DNA of 64,000 bases from Candidatus Latescibacterota bacterium (GCA_965219995.1 CBDCOX010000002.1:3360001-3424000); one strand, 5' to 3'. Shown: positions 30,369 through 39,748, counted from the stretch's first letter. Notes: generated from the letters alone by a model not told the origin. Translations and numbers: made by a program.

Positions 30369-30502
30369 CGCCGAAGCCTCCATTGCGGAATCGCGGGACC
30401 GGATCAACCGAGCGCGACGCCGGAACCGCGTCAACACACGCTTGTGTGTGTAGTGTTAAGACATAAAATACTGTTTTTAAATACGCTTATAAAAACCTGC
30501 AA

Positions 30503-30890
30503 TCGGTGAGACGTGAGACGGTAGAAGGTAGATGACGTCCTTGCGTGATTGACTCTACTTTTATGCCTGCGGCAAAAAGTGAAACCGGACGGGGCAATAA
30601 AGGCGGTGAGACGTGAGTCGGGAGACGGTAGATGAGTTGGTCCGCCTGCGGTTAATCCATCGCGTGCTGGCAGGTCTCCTGTCGGCGGAAAACCCACTCG
30701 ACAATTGCATCCTTGCAAAAGACATGCCTTCGCGAATTGATGAATTGACAACGCCAGGCCATATCGAAATCCAGTGGACGCGGAATCATCCTCTCCCCTC
30801 TCCCGTCTAACGTCTCCCCGCTCTTCAGGCACTCACATCATCTCCCATCTCCCCGCTTCTTGAGGGGCCGGTGGGAGAGGTCTGCGCCCT
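30503..30890. repeat. Family B heptamer-armed elements (two left arms, two right arms, variable internal cargo)
   Basis: cggtgagacgtgagacggtagaaggtagatga at 30504; ggcggtgagacgtgagtcgggagacggtagatga at 30602; right arms ...cgtctccccgctctt (30825) and ...ctccccgcttct (30860). Confidence 0.75.
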
Positions 30891-30974
30891 TCATGGTGTT
30901 CCAGCCTTATGGCGCACCCACAGCTGTCCTCGTTATACAGACACCAATTGGTTTACAAAGGTATTTCCCGACCG

Positions 30975-31312
30975 GAGGGTTACCAGAGCAGAGCGCGCTG
31001 ATCCGTCCAGCGACGCGGATCGATGTTCCTCCGAGGGTGCCAGGGCAGAGGATGATGTGCATCCTGCAAGCGTGTTCGCGCTATGCATATGGCAGGCCCC
31101 ACGCCCAGTGGCGACTATTCCAAAGGCGGTAAGACGTTAGAGGAAAGACGGTAGAAGTAACCCTTGCCAAGTATGTTTTCCCTTCTTGCCTTCGGCACTT
31201 ATAGAATTCGCACAAGGCAGGTAATCTCTACCCTCTCCCGTCTTCCGTCTCCCCGCTTTTAAGGAACCCGCCGGAGGCAGGGAATTTGGGGAAAAGGGGA
31301 TTTTGAATTTGA
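30975..31312. mobile_element. Right half of element family C, interrupted by a family B element (31122-31260)
   Basis: Aligns to 37682-37900 on both sides of the inserted aaaggcggtaagacg...cgtctccccgctttt unit. Confidence 0.75.
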
Positions 31313-31352
31313 TTCTTGGTTTCGATTCTAACTGACGGCTGAATTCTGGTTT

Positions 31353-31377
31353 GTTGGGGCAACCCTTGTGGTTGCCC
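31353..31377 (+). repeat. REP-like palindrome (degenerate GTAG class)
   Basis: gttg-gggcaacc-cttgt-ggttgccc. Confidence 0.5.
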
Positions 31378-31466
31378 GCCTTTCGCGTGTTTCCGGGTTT
31401 CCTTTGTGTCTTTGTGTCTCCGTGTGAGCTGATTTTCGCTTCAAGCCGACGGCTGAACGCTGCCCT

Positions 31467-32324
31467 TCAGCCGGAAACGACCGGATTTTCGAGCCGGCCG
31501 ATGCCGTCGACTTCGCATACGACGCTGTCCCCTGCCTTGAGCCAGAGCTGCGGCTCGCGGGCCATTCCGACGCCCGGCGGCGTGCCCGTGAAGATCAGGT
31601 CTCCGGGCTGGAGGGTGACAACCCGGGAAAGGTAGGCGATCAGCTGGTCGACATTGAAAATCAGTTGCGCGGTATTCGAGTCCTGTACGGTCTCGCCGTT
31701 CAGGATACAGCGAATATCCAGGTTGTGGGGATCGCCAACCTCGTCGGGGGTGACAAGATCCGGGCCCAGCGGCGCGAAGGTCTCGAAGGTTTTGCCCAGC
31801 AGCCACTGACCGCCGGGTTTTTCCAGCTGAAAGTCCCGCGCGCTCACGTCGTGGCCCACCGTATAGCCCGCGACGTGGCCCATCGCGTCGGATTCCGGGA
31901 TGTCTTTTCCCGCCGTTCCGATGACAACGACCAGTTCGACCTCATAGTCGATGGAACTGGTGATCGACGGCAGGCGGATCGCGTCGCCGGGTCCGATGAT
32001 GGTGGACGAGAACTTGGAAAACACCACGGGCTCGGACGGAATGGGCATATTGCTTTCCGCGGCGTGGTCCGCGTAGTTGAGGCCGATGCAGAGGATCTTT
32101 TCCGGGTTCTGGATGGGCGCCACCACGCGGACGGCGCCGGCGTCGATGCCATCGCCCCGCGCTGCCGCCGCTCCCGCCGCGGCCACAGCATCCGGCCCCG
32201 CCTCCAGCAGACCGACCATGTCCGATGGAATGCCGGGATCGACGCGGCTCACGTCCACGATCGTGTCTCCCGACCGGACGCCCACGCGTCGCGATCCCTG
32301 GTGTTCGAAAGTGAGCAATCTCAT
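31467..32324 (-). CDS. Fumarylacetoacetate hydrolase family protein
   Basis: KILCIGLNYADH, DYEVEL, DVSARD, GKTFETF, TGTPPGVG. Confidence 0.93.
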   Translation of the reverse strand: MRLLTFEHQGSRRVGVRSGDTIVDVSRVDPGIPSDMVGLLEAGPDAVAAAGAAAARGDGIDAGAVRVVAPIQNPEKILCIGLNYADHAAESNMPIPSEPVVFSKFSSTIIGPGDAIRLPSITSSIDYEVELVVVIGTAGKDIPESDAMGHVAGYTVGHDVSARDFQLEKPGGQWLLGKTFETFAPLGPDLVTPDEVGDPHNLDIRCILNGETVQDSNTAQLIFNVDQLIAYLSRVVTLQPGDLIFTGTPPGVGMAREPQLWLKAGDSVVCEVDGIGRLENPVVSG

Positions 32325-32378
32325 ATGACGGTACCCTTTCCTGAACGGGATGACGTTGTCCTGCGGAACAGGTCGCGA

Positions 32379-32407
32379 AGGATAACATGCGGGCCGAAAC
32401 CTGTCAA
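32379..32407 (-). promoter_or_regulatory. Sigma70 promoter of the FAH gene
   Basis: TTGACA-17-TATCCT with TG extension. Confidence 0.7.
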
Positions 32408-32598
32408 GGGATAAGCACGACGAGACGGGCCGCATCCGGTATTCGAACGATGAGTAATCCACGATATTGAAAACTCGAATGACGACAATGTGGAAAACTT
32501 AGTCATTGTTTTTATAGTGTTTAAATGAAGCAATCCACAGAATTCCACCAATGGTTGAGATTTGTGGAAAACATGTGCAAGAACCCGGAGGCACTTCC

Positions 32599-32970
32599 AA
32601 ATGCGGTAAGAGGGTAGACGTGAGACGGTAGAGGACATCGTTGCCCGATTGGTTCTTCCTTTATGCCTCTGGCAAGAAATGATATCGCTCGTGGCAGGCA
32701 ACAAAACCGGTGAGACGTGAGCCGGTAGACGGGAGAAGACATCCGTGCCGGGTCGGTTCTTGCTTTATGCCACCGGCAAGAAATGAAATCGCATAGGGTA
32801 GACAATCTCTCCCCTCTCATCGCTTTTGAGGGGCAGGGGGGAGAAGTCTGCGCATCGCTGATAGATTTCGCAGGTCCGTATCGATATCCGGTCGACGCGG
32901 GGTGATCATCTCCCGTCTCCCGTCTCCCCTCTCACCGCTTTTTGGGGCCGGGGGAGAGGTCTCCGCGCCG
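32599..32970. repeat. Family B heptamer-armed elements (two tandem units plus an extra right arm)
   Basis: Units at 32602 and 32706 with tgcc-NNN-ggca-agaaatga core; right arms at 32805-32826 and 32908-32944, each followed by ggggc..ggg.gag..gtct..gc. Confidence 0.78.
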
Positions 32971-33092
32971 GGTCCCGCGACCCAAGATTTCCCTTGCTCC
33001 CCCCCGGCGATTATTCTATATTTCGAAAAATCTGCAATGGGCATTATTGCGCCCTGAAATGCAATATTCCGGCCGATGGAGAATGCTGGCTC

Positions 33093-33674
33093 GTGATTGA
33101 AAAGGTAAAGGACGACGTCGCCGAACTGCTCGAACCCTCCACGCAGTTTCTGGTGAAAAAACGGTTCCGGCCGAACGCGCTGACCCTGGTCGGGTTTCTC
33201 CTGAACCTGGTCGCCGCGGTGCTCTTCGGATTCGATTACATCCGGTGGGCGGGTCTTGTCGTGCTGCTCGCCGGCGTGTTCGATTTTCTGGATGGACAGG
33301 TGGCCCGCGTGGGGCGGAGCGAAACCACGTTCGGCGCGCTTCTGGACTCTACTGTAGACCGTTATTCAGAGATTTTCATCTGGTTTGGCATGGCGGTCAG
33401 CTTCATCAGGTCGGACTCGCTCTGGACCACGTCCGCCGTGTTCTTCGCGCTTGCCGGCTCGTTGATGGTGAGCTATATCCGGGCGCGTGTCGAGGGTCTG
33501 GGCGAAGAATGCAAGGTCGGTTTCATGCAACGGCCCGAAAGGGTTATCGCCATTGGCGTGGGGGCGCTGGTGGGCGAAATCGGGCTTACGGTAGCGATCT
33601 GGGCAATTGCGTTTCTCGCCAACTATACCGCGTTGCACAGGGTTTTGTATTTCCGCAAGCGGTCCCGGGATTGA
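33093..33674 (+). CDS. CDP-alcohol phosphatidyltransferase (PgsA/PIP-synthase like)
   Basis: PNALT; D.LDGQVAR......FGALLDSTVDR motif; TTGCTC-17-TATATT promoter at 32994-33022. Confidence 0.9.
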   Translation: MIEKVKDDVAELLEPSTQFLVKKRFRPNALTLVGFLLNLVAAVLFGFDYIRWAGLVVLLAGVFDFLDGQVARVGRSETTFGALLDSTVDRYSEIFIWFGMAVSFIRSDSLWTTSAVFFALAGSLMVSYIRARVEGLGEECKVGFMQRPERVIAIGVGALVGEIGLTVAIWAIAFLANYTALHRVLYFRKRSRD

Positions 33675-33729
33675 ACCAATGGCCGGCAGGACTCGCCTGA
33701 ACTGAAAGCAAGCCAGAGGAGCCGCAAGG

Positions 33730-33758
33730 AAAAAGGCGCACAAGGGTGCGCCTTTTTT
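33730..33758. terminator. Bidirectional Rho-independent terminator
   Basis: aaaaa-ggcgcac-aagg-gtgcgcc-tttttt. Confidence 0.8.
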
Positions 33759-33956
33759 GTACGTATCCGCCAGCGGGAATCCGGAAGCGAATCGGTTATG
33801 TGTTCTCTTCCGGATTTTTTATATTTCCGCAGAATGGAGACGCGCCAAAACGGGTCGCCAGGGATAAGAGCCACTCAAAGCACAATAGGCACAGATCGTA
33901 AAACCCAGACACGGATTCCCGCCGAACGGACGGTCGCACAGGGATGGAGGCACGGG

Positions 33957-34820
33957 TTGGAGCCGCCGGACGAACGAACGAACCTTGCATTCTTTACGGA
34001 CCTGGACGGAACGTTGCTGCAAAGCGATCGAAAGGCAAGCGCCAAGAGCCTTGAAACGCTGAAAACGCTGGGGAGAAGGAAAATCCGCAGGGTGGTGGTC
34101 ACGGGCCGGTCGCACATGTCTGCAAGCACCGTCTTGCCCGAGACCTTTCCGATCGATTATCTGATTACCTCGTCGGGGGTTGGGATATTCGACTTCCGGG
34201 AGCAGACGCTGGTGGAGTCCCACTCCCTTTCCAACGGCGCTGTGCGTCGCGTTACGGGATATCTTGTCGACGCCGGATTCGACTTCATGGTTCACGCGCC
34301 GGTTCCGGAGAACCATACATTCGAGTATTGGGAACAGAACGAGGACAATCCCGATTTCTTGCGACGGCGTCAAAACAACGCTGAACACTGTCGCCCGTTG
34401 AATCCCGGCCGCCCCGGAAACGGCCGGGCCTCGCAATTTCTGGTGGTCTGTCCCGTTGAAGCGGACCCCTGGCGCACGCATCACGCGCTCCGTAACGACC
34501 TGAAAGACCTGTCTGTGATCCGCACCACGTCGCCTTCGGACCACCAGTCCACGTGGTTCGAGATTTTTCCGCGGCAGGTTTCCAAGGCCCGGTCCGCCGC
34601 CCGGTTGTGCGAGCGGCTGGGTGCGGATGCCGGGCGCTCGGCGGCTGTGGGCAACGACTACAACGACCTGGATATGTTACAGTGGTGCGGGTTTCCGTAT
34701 GTCGTCCGGAATGCGCCGGAGCCCTTGAGAAAACGGTTCCCGGTGGTTTCCAACCACAACGCGGACGGATTTTCCGAGGCGGTCCGGAGGTGGCTCCACG
34801 AAATTGAGACAGCCGTATAG
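33957..34820 (+). CDS. Cof-type HAD-IIB hydrolase
   Basis: DLDGTLL, VTGR, K, GNDYNDLDML; TTG start after GGAGG. Confidence 0.88.
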   Translation: MEPPDERTNLAFFTDLDGTLLQSDRKASAKSLETLKTLGRRKIRRVVVTGRSHMSASTVLPETFPIDYLITSSGVGIFDFREQTLVESHSLSNGAVRRVTGYLVDAGFDFMVHAPVPENHTFEYWEQNEDNPDFLRRRQNNAEHCRPLNPGRPGNGRASQFLVVCPVEADPWRTHHALRNDLKDLSVIRTTSPSDHQSTWFEIFPRQVSKARSAARLCERLGADAGRSAAVGNDYNDLDMLQWCGFPYVVRNAPEPLRKRFPVVSNHNADGFSEAVRRWLHEIETAV

Positions 34821-34833
34821 AAGAGGACAGACC

Positions 34834-37167
34834 ATGCCTGTCGAACTTACCGAAGCCGACCTGGCCGCCGCATTGCCGGATGTGACCGCCACGCTGCGCC
34901 TGTCCGGCCTGATCGACAGCGTCGCAATCTGTCGCGACCGGTGGGGCATCCCACACGTCCGGGCGGAGAACGAGCACGATCTCTTCTTCGCCCAGGGTTT
35001 CGCCACGGCCCAGGACCGGCTCTGGCATATGGACTACGACCGCCACAGGGCGCTGGGGCGTTGGGCGGAAATCGCCGGGGCGGACGGCGTGGATCAGGAC
35101 CGGCTGTTGCGAACCGCGGGAATGGGACGCACGGCGCGGCTGGACTACGAGGCGGCGGGTACGGCGTCCAGGGCGATGGTGGATGCCTATACCGCGGGCG
35201 TGAATGCGTTTATGGAAACGACGTCGGCGTATCCGGCCGAATACAAACTTCTGGACAGGACGCCGGAGCCGTGGGAGAACTGGCACTGTATTGCCGTCTA
35301 CAAGATGCGCAACACGCTGTTGGGGACATTCGAACCGAAACTCTACCGTACCCGCCTGGCGCTTGCAATCGGCCCCGAGAAGGCAGCGCGTCTGATCAAG
35401 GGGTATCCCGGCGGCCATCTTCTTACCGTGCCCCCCGGCGAGGTCTACCAGGGGCCTGGCGTCGACGGCCTGGAGGAACTCAGCGGGGCCCTGGAAGACG
35501 TCAACTGGCTGAAAGAGACGGATGCCGGATCCAATGCCTGGTCGATCTCCGGCGAGCTGACCCGGTCCGGATTGCCGCTGATGGGAGGAGATTCGCACCG
35601 TGCTCTGGACACGCCCAGCGTATACTATCAGGCCCATCTTTCCTGTCCGGATTTCTCGATTATCGGCTCCTCGGTACCCGGGATGCCCGGAATCCTGCAC
35701 TTCTGCCACAACGCACACGTGGGCTGGGGGATGACCTACGGCAACGCCGACACCCAGGACCTGTTCGTTGAGCGGTTCCGGGAGCGGGACGGCGGGCGGG
35801 AGTATCAATTCAGGGAGACGTGGAGGCCGGCCGATGTCCTGCAGGAGACCATCGCGGTCCGGAACGCGGCGCCGGTGGAGATCGAAGTGACCCTCACGCA
35901 TCACGGCCCTGTCATCGCGGGAAATCCCGCGGCGGGTTACGGCATTGCAATCAGCGATCCCGGCCTGATACAGGGCACGCCATGGCTGGATGCCGCACGC
36001 GACGCGATGCGCGCGACCACCGTCCATGAACTGCACGATGCATTCAGGAACTGGACGGATCGGGTCAACAACTACGCGGTCGTGGACGTCCGGGGCAATT
36101 TCGGATATCTGCACGAGGGAAAGATCCCCATTCGCACGGAGGCCAACGGCTGGCGGGCCGTGCCGGGGTGGACCGGGGAATACGAGTGGCAGGGGTATAT
36201 CCCTCACGACGACCTGCCGCGAGCGATCTGTCCGAGGGCCGGGTACGCCGTGACGTGCAACCAGCGCGTGGCCGGATATGCCTACCCGTACTACGTGGGT
36301 CTGAACTTCAGCCCGGAATATCGTGCCAGGCGGCTTCAACTGGACATACTGGACCTGAATCCGTGGGGGGCGTCGGTGGACGATATGGCGCGGATGCACG
36401 CCGACCGGACTTCCATTCCGGCTGAAATCTTCACCGGGGCGCTCCTTGGGATACAGCCTCGGGACACGGCGTCCGAGCGGGCGCTGGCGCTCCTGCGGGA
36501 GTGGGACCATCGCATGGACCGCGATCTTCCGCAGCCGACGATCTACTCGCAGACCCGCCTGCGCGCCACCCGGACGCTTGTGGAGCACCTGCTGGGCGAT
36601 ATGGCGGCTCCTGCGCTGGAGGGGGCTTCAGGAGCGGAAGCGCATATCCGTCTGGTCGTTCTGGAGATGATCCTGGGGATCGAGCGCGGCGACGAATCGA
36701 TGTTACCGGCCGGGCGCACCTGGGGCGAACTGTTGGCGGAGAGCCTGAAACAGGCCGTCGCGGACCTCGAGGACCGGCTTGGTGAGGACATGACGGATTG
36801 GCGGTGGGGCCGCGTCCACCATACACGTCCGAGACACCCGCTCTCGACGGTTTTTCCGGAATGCGCAAGGCTTCTGGATCCGCCAGGCCTGCCGACGCAC
36901 GGAGACGGAGACGTGCCGCTTGCAGGCGGCTATGACGTGAGCGAACCCTTTGTTGCGACGGGGATGTCGGTCAACCGGTACATTCACGATCCGTCGGACT
37001 GGAACAACTCCCGATGGATCGTGCCGCTTGGGGCCTCGGGGCATCCCGGCAGCGCTCATTATGCGGACCAGGCGCAACTCTGGGCCGACGTGGGGTATAT
37101 CCCTCAACTGTGGGAATGGGATACGATTGTCTCCGAGGCGGAGACAAGACAGGAATTGAGACCGTAG
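34834..37167 (+). CDS. Penicillin acylase/AHL acylase family Ntn hydrolase (S45), apparently cytoplasmic
   Basis: RDRWGIPH, AQDRLW, GSNAW nucleophile serine, G.SGHP.S.HY.DQ; no signal peptide. Confidence 0.92.
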   Translation: MPVELTEADLAAALPDVTATLRLSGLIDSVAICRDRWGIPHVRAENEHDLFFAQGFATAQDRLWHMDYDRHRALGRWAEIAGADGVDQDRLLRTAGMGRTARLDYEAAGTASRAMVDAYTAGVNAFMETTSAYPAEYKLLDRTPEPWENWHCIAVYKMRNTLLGTFEPKLYRTRLALAIGPEKAARLIKGYPGGHLLTVPPGEVYQGPGVDGLEELSGALEDVNWLKETDAGSNAWSISGELTRSGLPLMGGDSHRALDTPSVYYQAHLSCPDFSIIGSSVPGMPGILHFCHNAHVGWGMTYGNADTQDLFVERFRERDGGREYQFRETWRPADVLQETIAVRNAAPVEIEVTLTHHGPVIAGNPAAGYGIAISDPGLIQGTPWLDAARDAMRATTVHELHDAFRNWTDRVNNYAVVDVRGNFGYLHEGKIPIRTEANGWRAVPGWTGEYEWQGYIPHDDLPRAICPRAGYAVTCNQRVAGYAYPYYVGLNFSPEYRARRLQLDILDLNPWGASVDDMARMHADRTSIPAEIFTGALLGIQPRDTASERALALLREWDHRMDRDLPQPTIYSQTRLRATRTLVEHLLGDMAAPALEGASGAEAHIRLVVLEMILGIERGDESMLPAGRTWGELLAESLKQAVADLEDRLGEDMTDWRWGRVHHTRPRHPLSTVFPECARLLDPPGLPTHGDGDVPLAGGYDVSEPFVATGMSVNRYIHDPSDWNNSRWIVPLGASGHPGSAHYADQAQLWADVGYIPQLWEWDTIVSEAETRQELRP

Positions 37168-37332
37168 CCGGCCGGCGTCACCACCATCCGGGGGATCCCG
37201 CTTACGGCTCCATGATGTCCATCAAGCGCCTGGTAACGCGCGTATATTGCACATCGACGCCTGACGACTGTTTCTCTTGAATGCTGGTAATCGATTCCTA
37301 TCTAACTACCTATTTTTCTTTTTTTTATCTTC

Positions 37333-37900
37333 GTCCTTTTTCTTGTACGCCCAAGAAAAAGGACCAAAAAGAACGGCGCCGCTCAAACGCCGCGGGGCTG
37401 CTTTTCCGCGAACCGCCTTCAAGGAGAAAACGTGCCCCGTTGCCCTGAAACCCTCGCAGGCGTTCCCAGACTTTCGTGGTGGACGGACTCGCGCGGAAAA
37501 GCCCCTTCCACGCCACCGGGCGGACAGAAGGGCGTCTAGAGGAGTTATCCACGCGGATTCGTTTTGGCTCCGCAGTTAGGTTTTTCGGTTTGTCTTTGGT
37601 TGGGGCTGACTGCTAACAGCGGATAGCTGTTTGCTCCTCGCTCACAGAAAACGAAGTTAAACACGTCTGAATAGCCCATCGAGAGGACTTCCAGAGCAGA
37701 GCGCGCTGATCCGTCCAGCAACGCGCACCGATCTGCCACTGAGGGTGTCAGGGCAGAGGGTTATGTGCATCCTGTGAGTGTGTTCGCGCTGTGCATATAG
37801 CAGGCCCCGCGCCCAGCGGCGACTTTTGGTTCCTTTTGGTCGCTTCAAAAGGAACCCGCCGGAGGCAGGGAATTTGGGGAAAAGGGGATTTTGAATTTGA
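37333..37900. mobile_element. Non-coding element family C with inverted terminal hairpins
   Basis: Left gtcctttttcttg/caagaaaaaggac+caaaaag..cgccgct; right agcggcg.cttttg+gttccttttg/caaaaggaac; partial second copy at 30975. Confidence 0.65.
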
Positions 37901-37973
37901 CTTTAGTCTGTTGGTTCAAGCTGAACGCTGATATCTGCTTTTGCCGACAACTACCCGCGAGAGGAGATTCGAA

Positions 37974-38309
37974 ATGGTACAAATCGTAAAACCGGACCAG
38001 AGGGACATGAAGCTGTACGACGCGCCGGGCGCAAAGGTGCAGGTGTCCGACCCCATTCTGGGAAAGGACGACTGCCTCGCGGCGGGATTCACGGAATATC
38101 TGGAACCGAGCCGTCTGGAGTGGACATTCGACTACAATGAGGTCTTCTTCATGCTGGAAGGCGCGCTGGAAGTTCACGCGGAGGGGCAGGAGCCGGTGTC
38201 CTTCGAGGTCGGCGATCTGGGCTATATCGAAAAGGACACGACCACCGTAATCACGGTACCGGAGGGCGCGCTGCTGCTGCACGTTACCCAGCCGGCGTGG
38301 CGGGAATGA
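37974..38309 (+). CDS. Cupin (EutQ-like) protein
   Basis: AGF.EY...LEWTFDYNEVFFMLEG...GDLGYIEK; GAGGAG RBS. Confidence 0.8.
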   Translation: MVQIVKPDQRDMKLYDAPGAKVQVSDPILGKDDCLAAGFTEYLEPSRLEWTFDYNEVFFMLEGALEVHAEGQEPVSFEVGDLGYIEKDTTTVITVPEGALLLHVTQPAWRE

Positions 38310-38336
38310 AGGAGGACGGGACGCCGCGGGAAGCGT

Positions 38337-39398
38337 TCAATTGAACGCGGGCGCGACGTGGTCGGAGAACATGCGCAGTGACTTGCAGACCAGGTCGGGA
38401 TGCAGGTCGCCGATGCGGGTCCACCCCATAAAGTTCTGCAGTCCCGTGTGTTTCCGGATCCAGCTGATTTTGTCGGCGGCAAAGTCGGGATCGCCCACGA
38501 TGGCGTGTTCCGCCAGGATCTCGTCGAAGCTGATGTTGGAAAACTTCTGTTTCAGCTCCTGGTAGAATTCCATCTGTCCGGGTGGCGCGATTTCGGGCGG
38601 CGGCGCGATCACCTCGGCCAGCAGGGTGCGGAAGTACCACATGAGCTGGTCGTGACATTCCTCACGGGCCTTTTCGGTGGTTTCGGCAACGTACAGGAAC
38701 CTCGCCAGGGGGAAGTCCAGTTTGCCCGACATCCCGCACGCATCCGCCGTCTTGTGGTACGCCTCGTAGAGTTCGAACACCTGCTCGTAGGGATGCAGGA
38801 ACGAAGTCAGGACGTTATAGCCGTTCTTGATGACCCACTCGTAGGTCGAAGGACTCACCGCCGCCACGTAAACCGGCGGGTGCGGTTGCTGTACGGGTTT
38901 CGGGATCACGTTGACCTTCCGGACCTTGTGGAACCTGCCGTCGTATTCCACGGGGCCCGTCCAGGCCTTCAGGATGATCTCCAGTTCTTCCTGAAAGCGG
39001 TCCCGGCTTTCCTCCAGGTCGATTCCCCAGTTGTGAAACTCCTCGAGCTGATAGCCGCGCCCCACGCCGAAGAGGAGCCTTCCCCTGGACATGATATCCA
39101 CGGTGGCGAAATCTTCCGCCACGATGACCGGGTTGTGGAAGGGCAGCACGACGACCGCGGTGCCGATTTTAATGCGTTCCGTAATGGCCGAGGCGTACGC
39201 GGCCATCGTATGGATAGACGGGGTGATCGAGTAATAATTCGCGCCTGGCGCTTTGTGGTCGAAGTGGTGTTCGGCCAGCCAGATGGCGTCCCAGCCGGTC
39301 TCGTCCATGAGCTTGAACTGTTCGAATGCTTCGTGGTAGACCTGCGCGTGATCTTTGCCGGGCGGGGTTTCCAGCAGATAGAACTGACCGAATTGCAT
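38337..39398 (-). CDS. Luciferase-like (LLM) flavin-dependent monooxygenase
   Basis: WLAEHHF, TERIKIGTAV, AEDFATVD.MS.GR, GVGRGY, PKPVQQPHPP. Confidence 0.92.
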   Translation of the reverse strand: MQFGQFYLLETPPGKDHAQVYHEAFEQFKLMDETGWDAIWLAEHHFDHKAPGANYYSITPSIHTMAAYASAITERIKIGTAVVVLPFHNPVIVAEDFATVDIMSRGRLLFGVGRGYQLEEFHNWGIDLEESRDRFQEELEIILKAWTGPVEYDGRFHKVRKVNVIPKPVQQPHPPVYVAAVSPSTYEWVIKNGYNVLTSFLHPYEQVFELYEAYHKTADACGMSGKLDFPLARFLYVAETTEKAREECHDQLMWYFRTLLAEVIAPPPEIAPPGQMEFYQELKQKFSNISFDEILAEHAIVGDPDFAADKISWIRKHTGLQNFMGWTRIGDLHPDLVCKSLRMFSDHVAPAFN

Positions 39399-39417
39399 CG
39401 GGAGTCTCCTGAGTGTA

Positions 39418-39584
39418 TAGTGTCCTGCCCCGAAAATATCTTACCTTTCGGCCGCCGATTCATCCCGTCTCGCGGCGTTGCCCTCGCTCGCCGACCTTGC
39501 CCAGGTCGCCTCACTCAGGCGCCTTGCGAGCCGGGCGACTCGACGCCAGAATTTAGGCAACCTATTTCCGGGACCGGACACTGG
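39418..39584. mobile_element. MITE family A, copy 2
   Basis: tagtgtcctgccccgaaaata ... tatttccgggaccggacactgg; aligns end to end with 268-435. Confidence 0.8.
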
Positions 39585-39748
39585 ATCGAAGTGCCGGTTT
39601 CCGGCGATTAAGTTATGGATCGTACTAATGATGTCAAGCGGTTTTGCGGGTCGACGCCGCAGGAGGATTCGCCATTGGCGGGAGCGCCGACGGCTCCGTG
39701 TGTGCCGGTTGGTGAGGGATTCCGCAATGGACCAGGGAGGATCGGGAA

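Noticed and set aside
30613-30810. 65-aa ORF inside a family B element as a cargo gene
   Set aside because: Starts and ends within the repeat arms, no RBS, and the sequence is better explained as a hairpin
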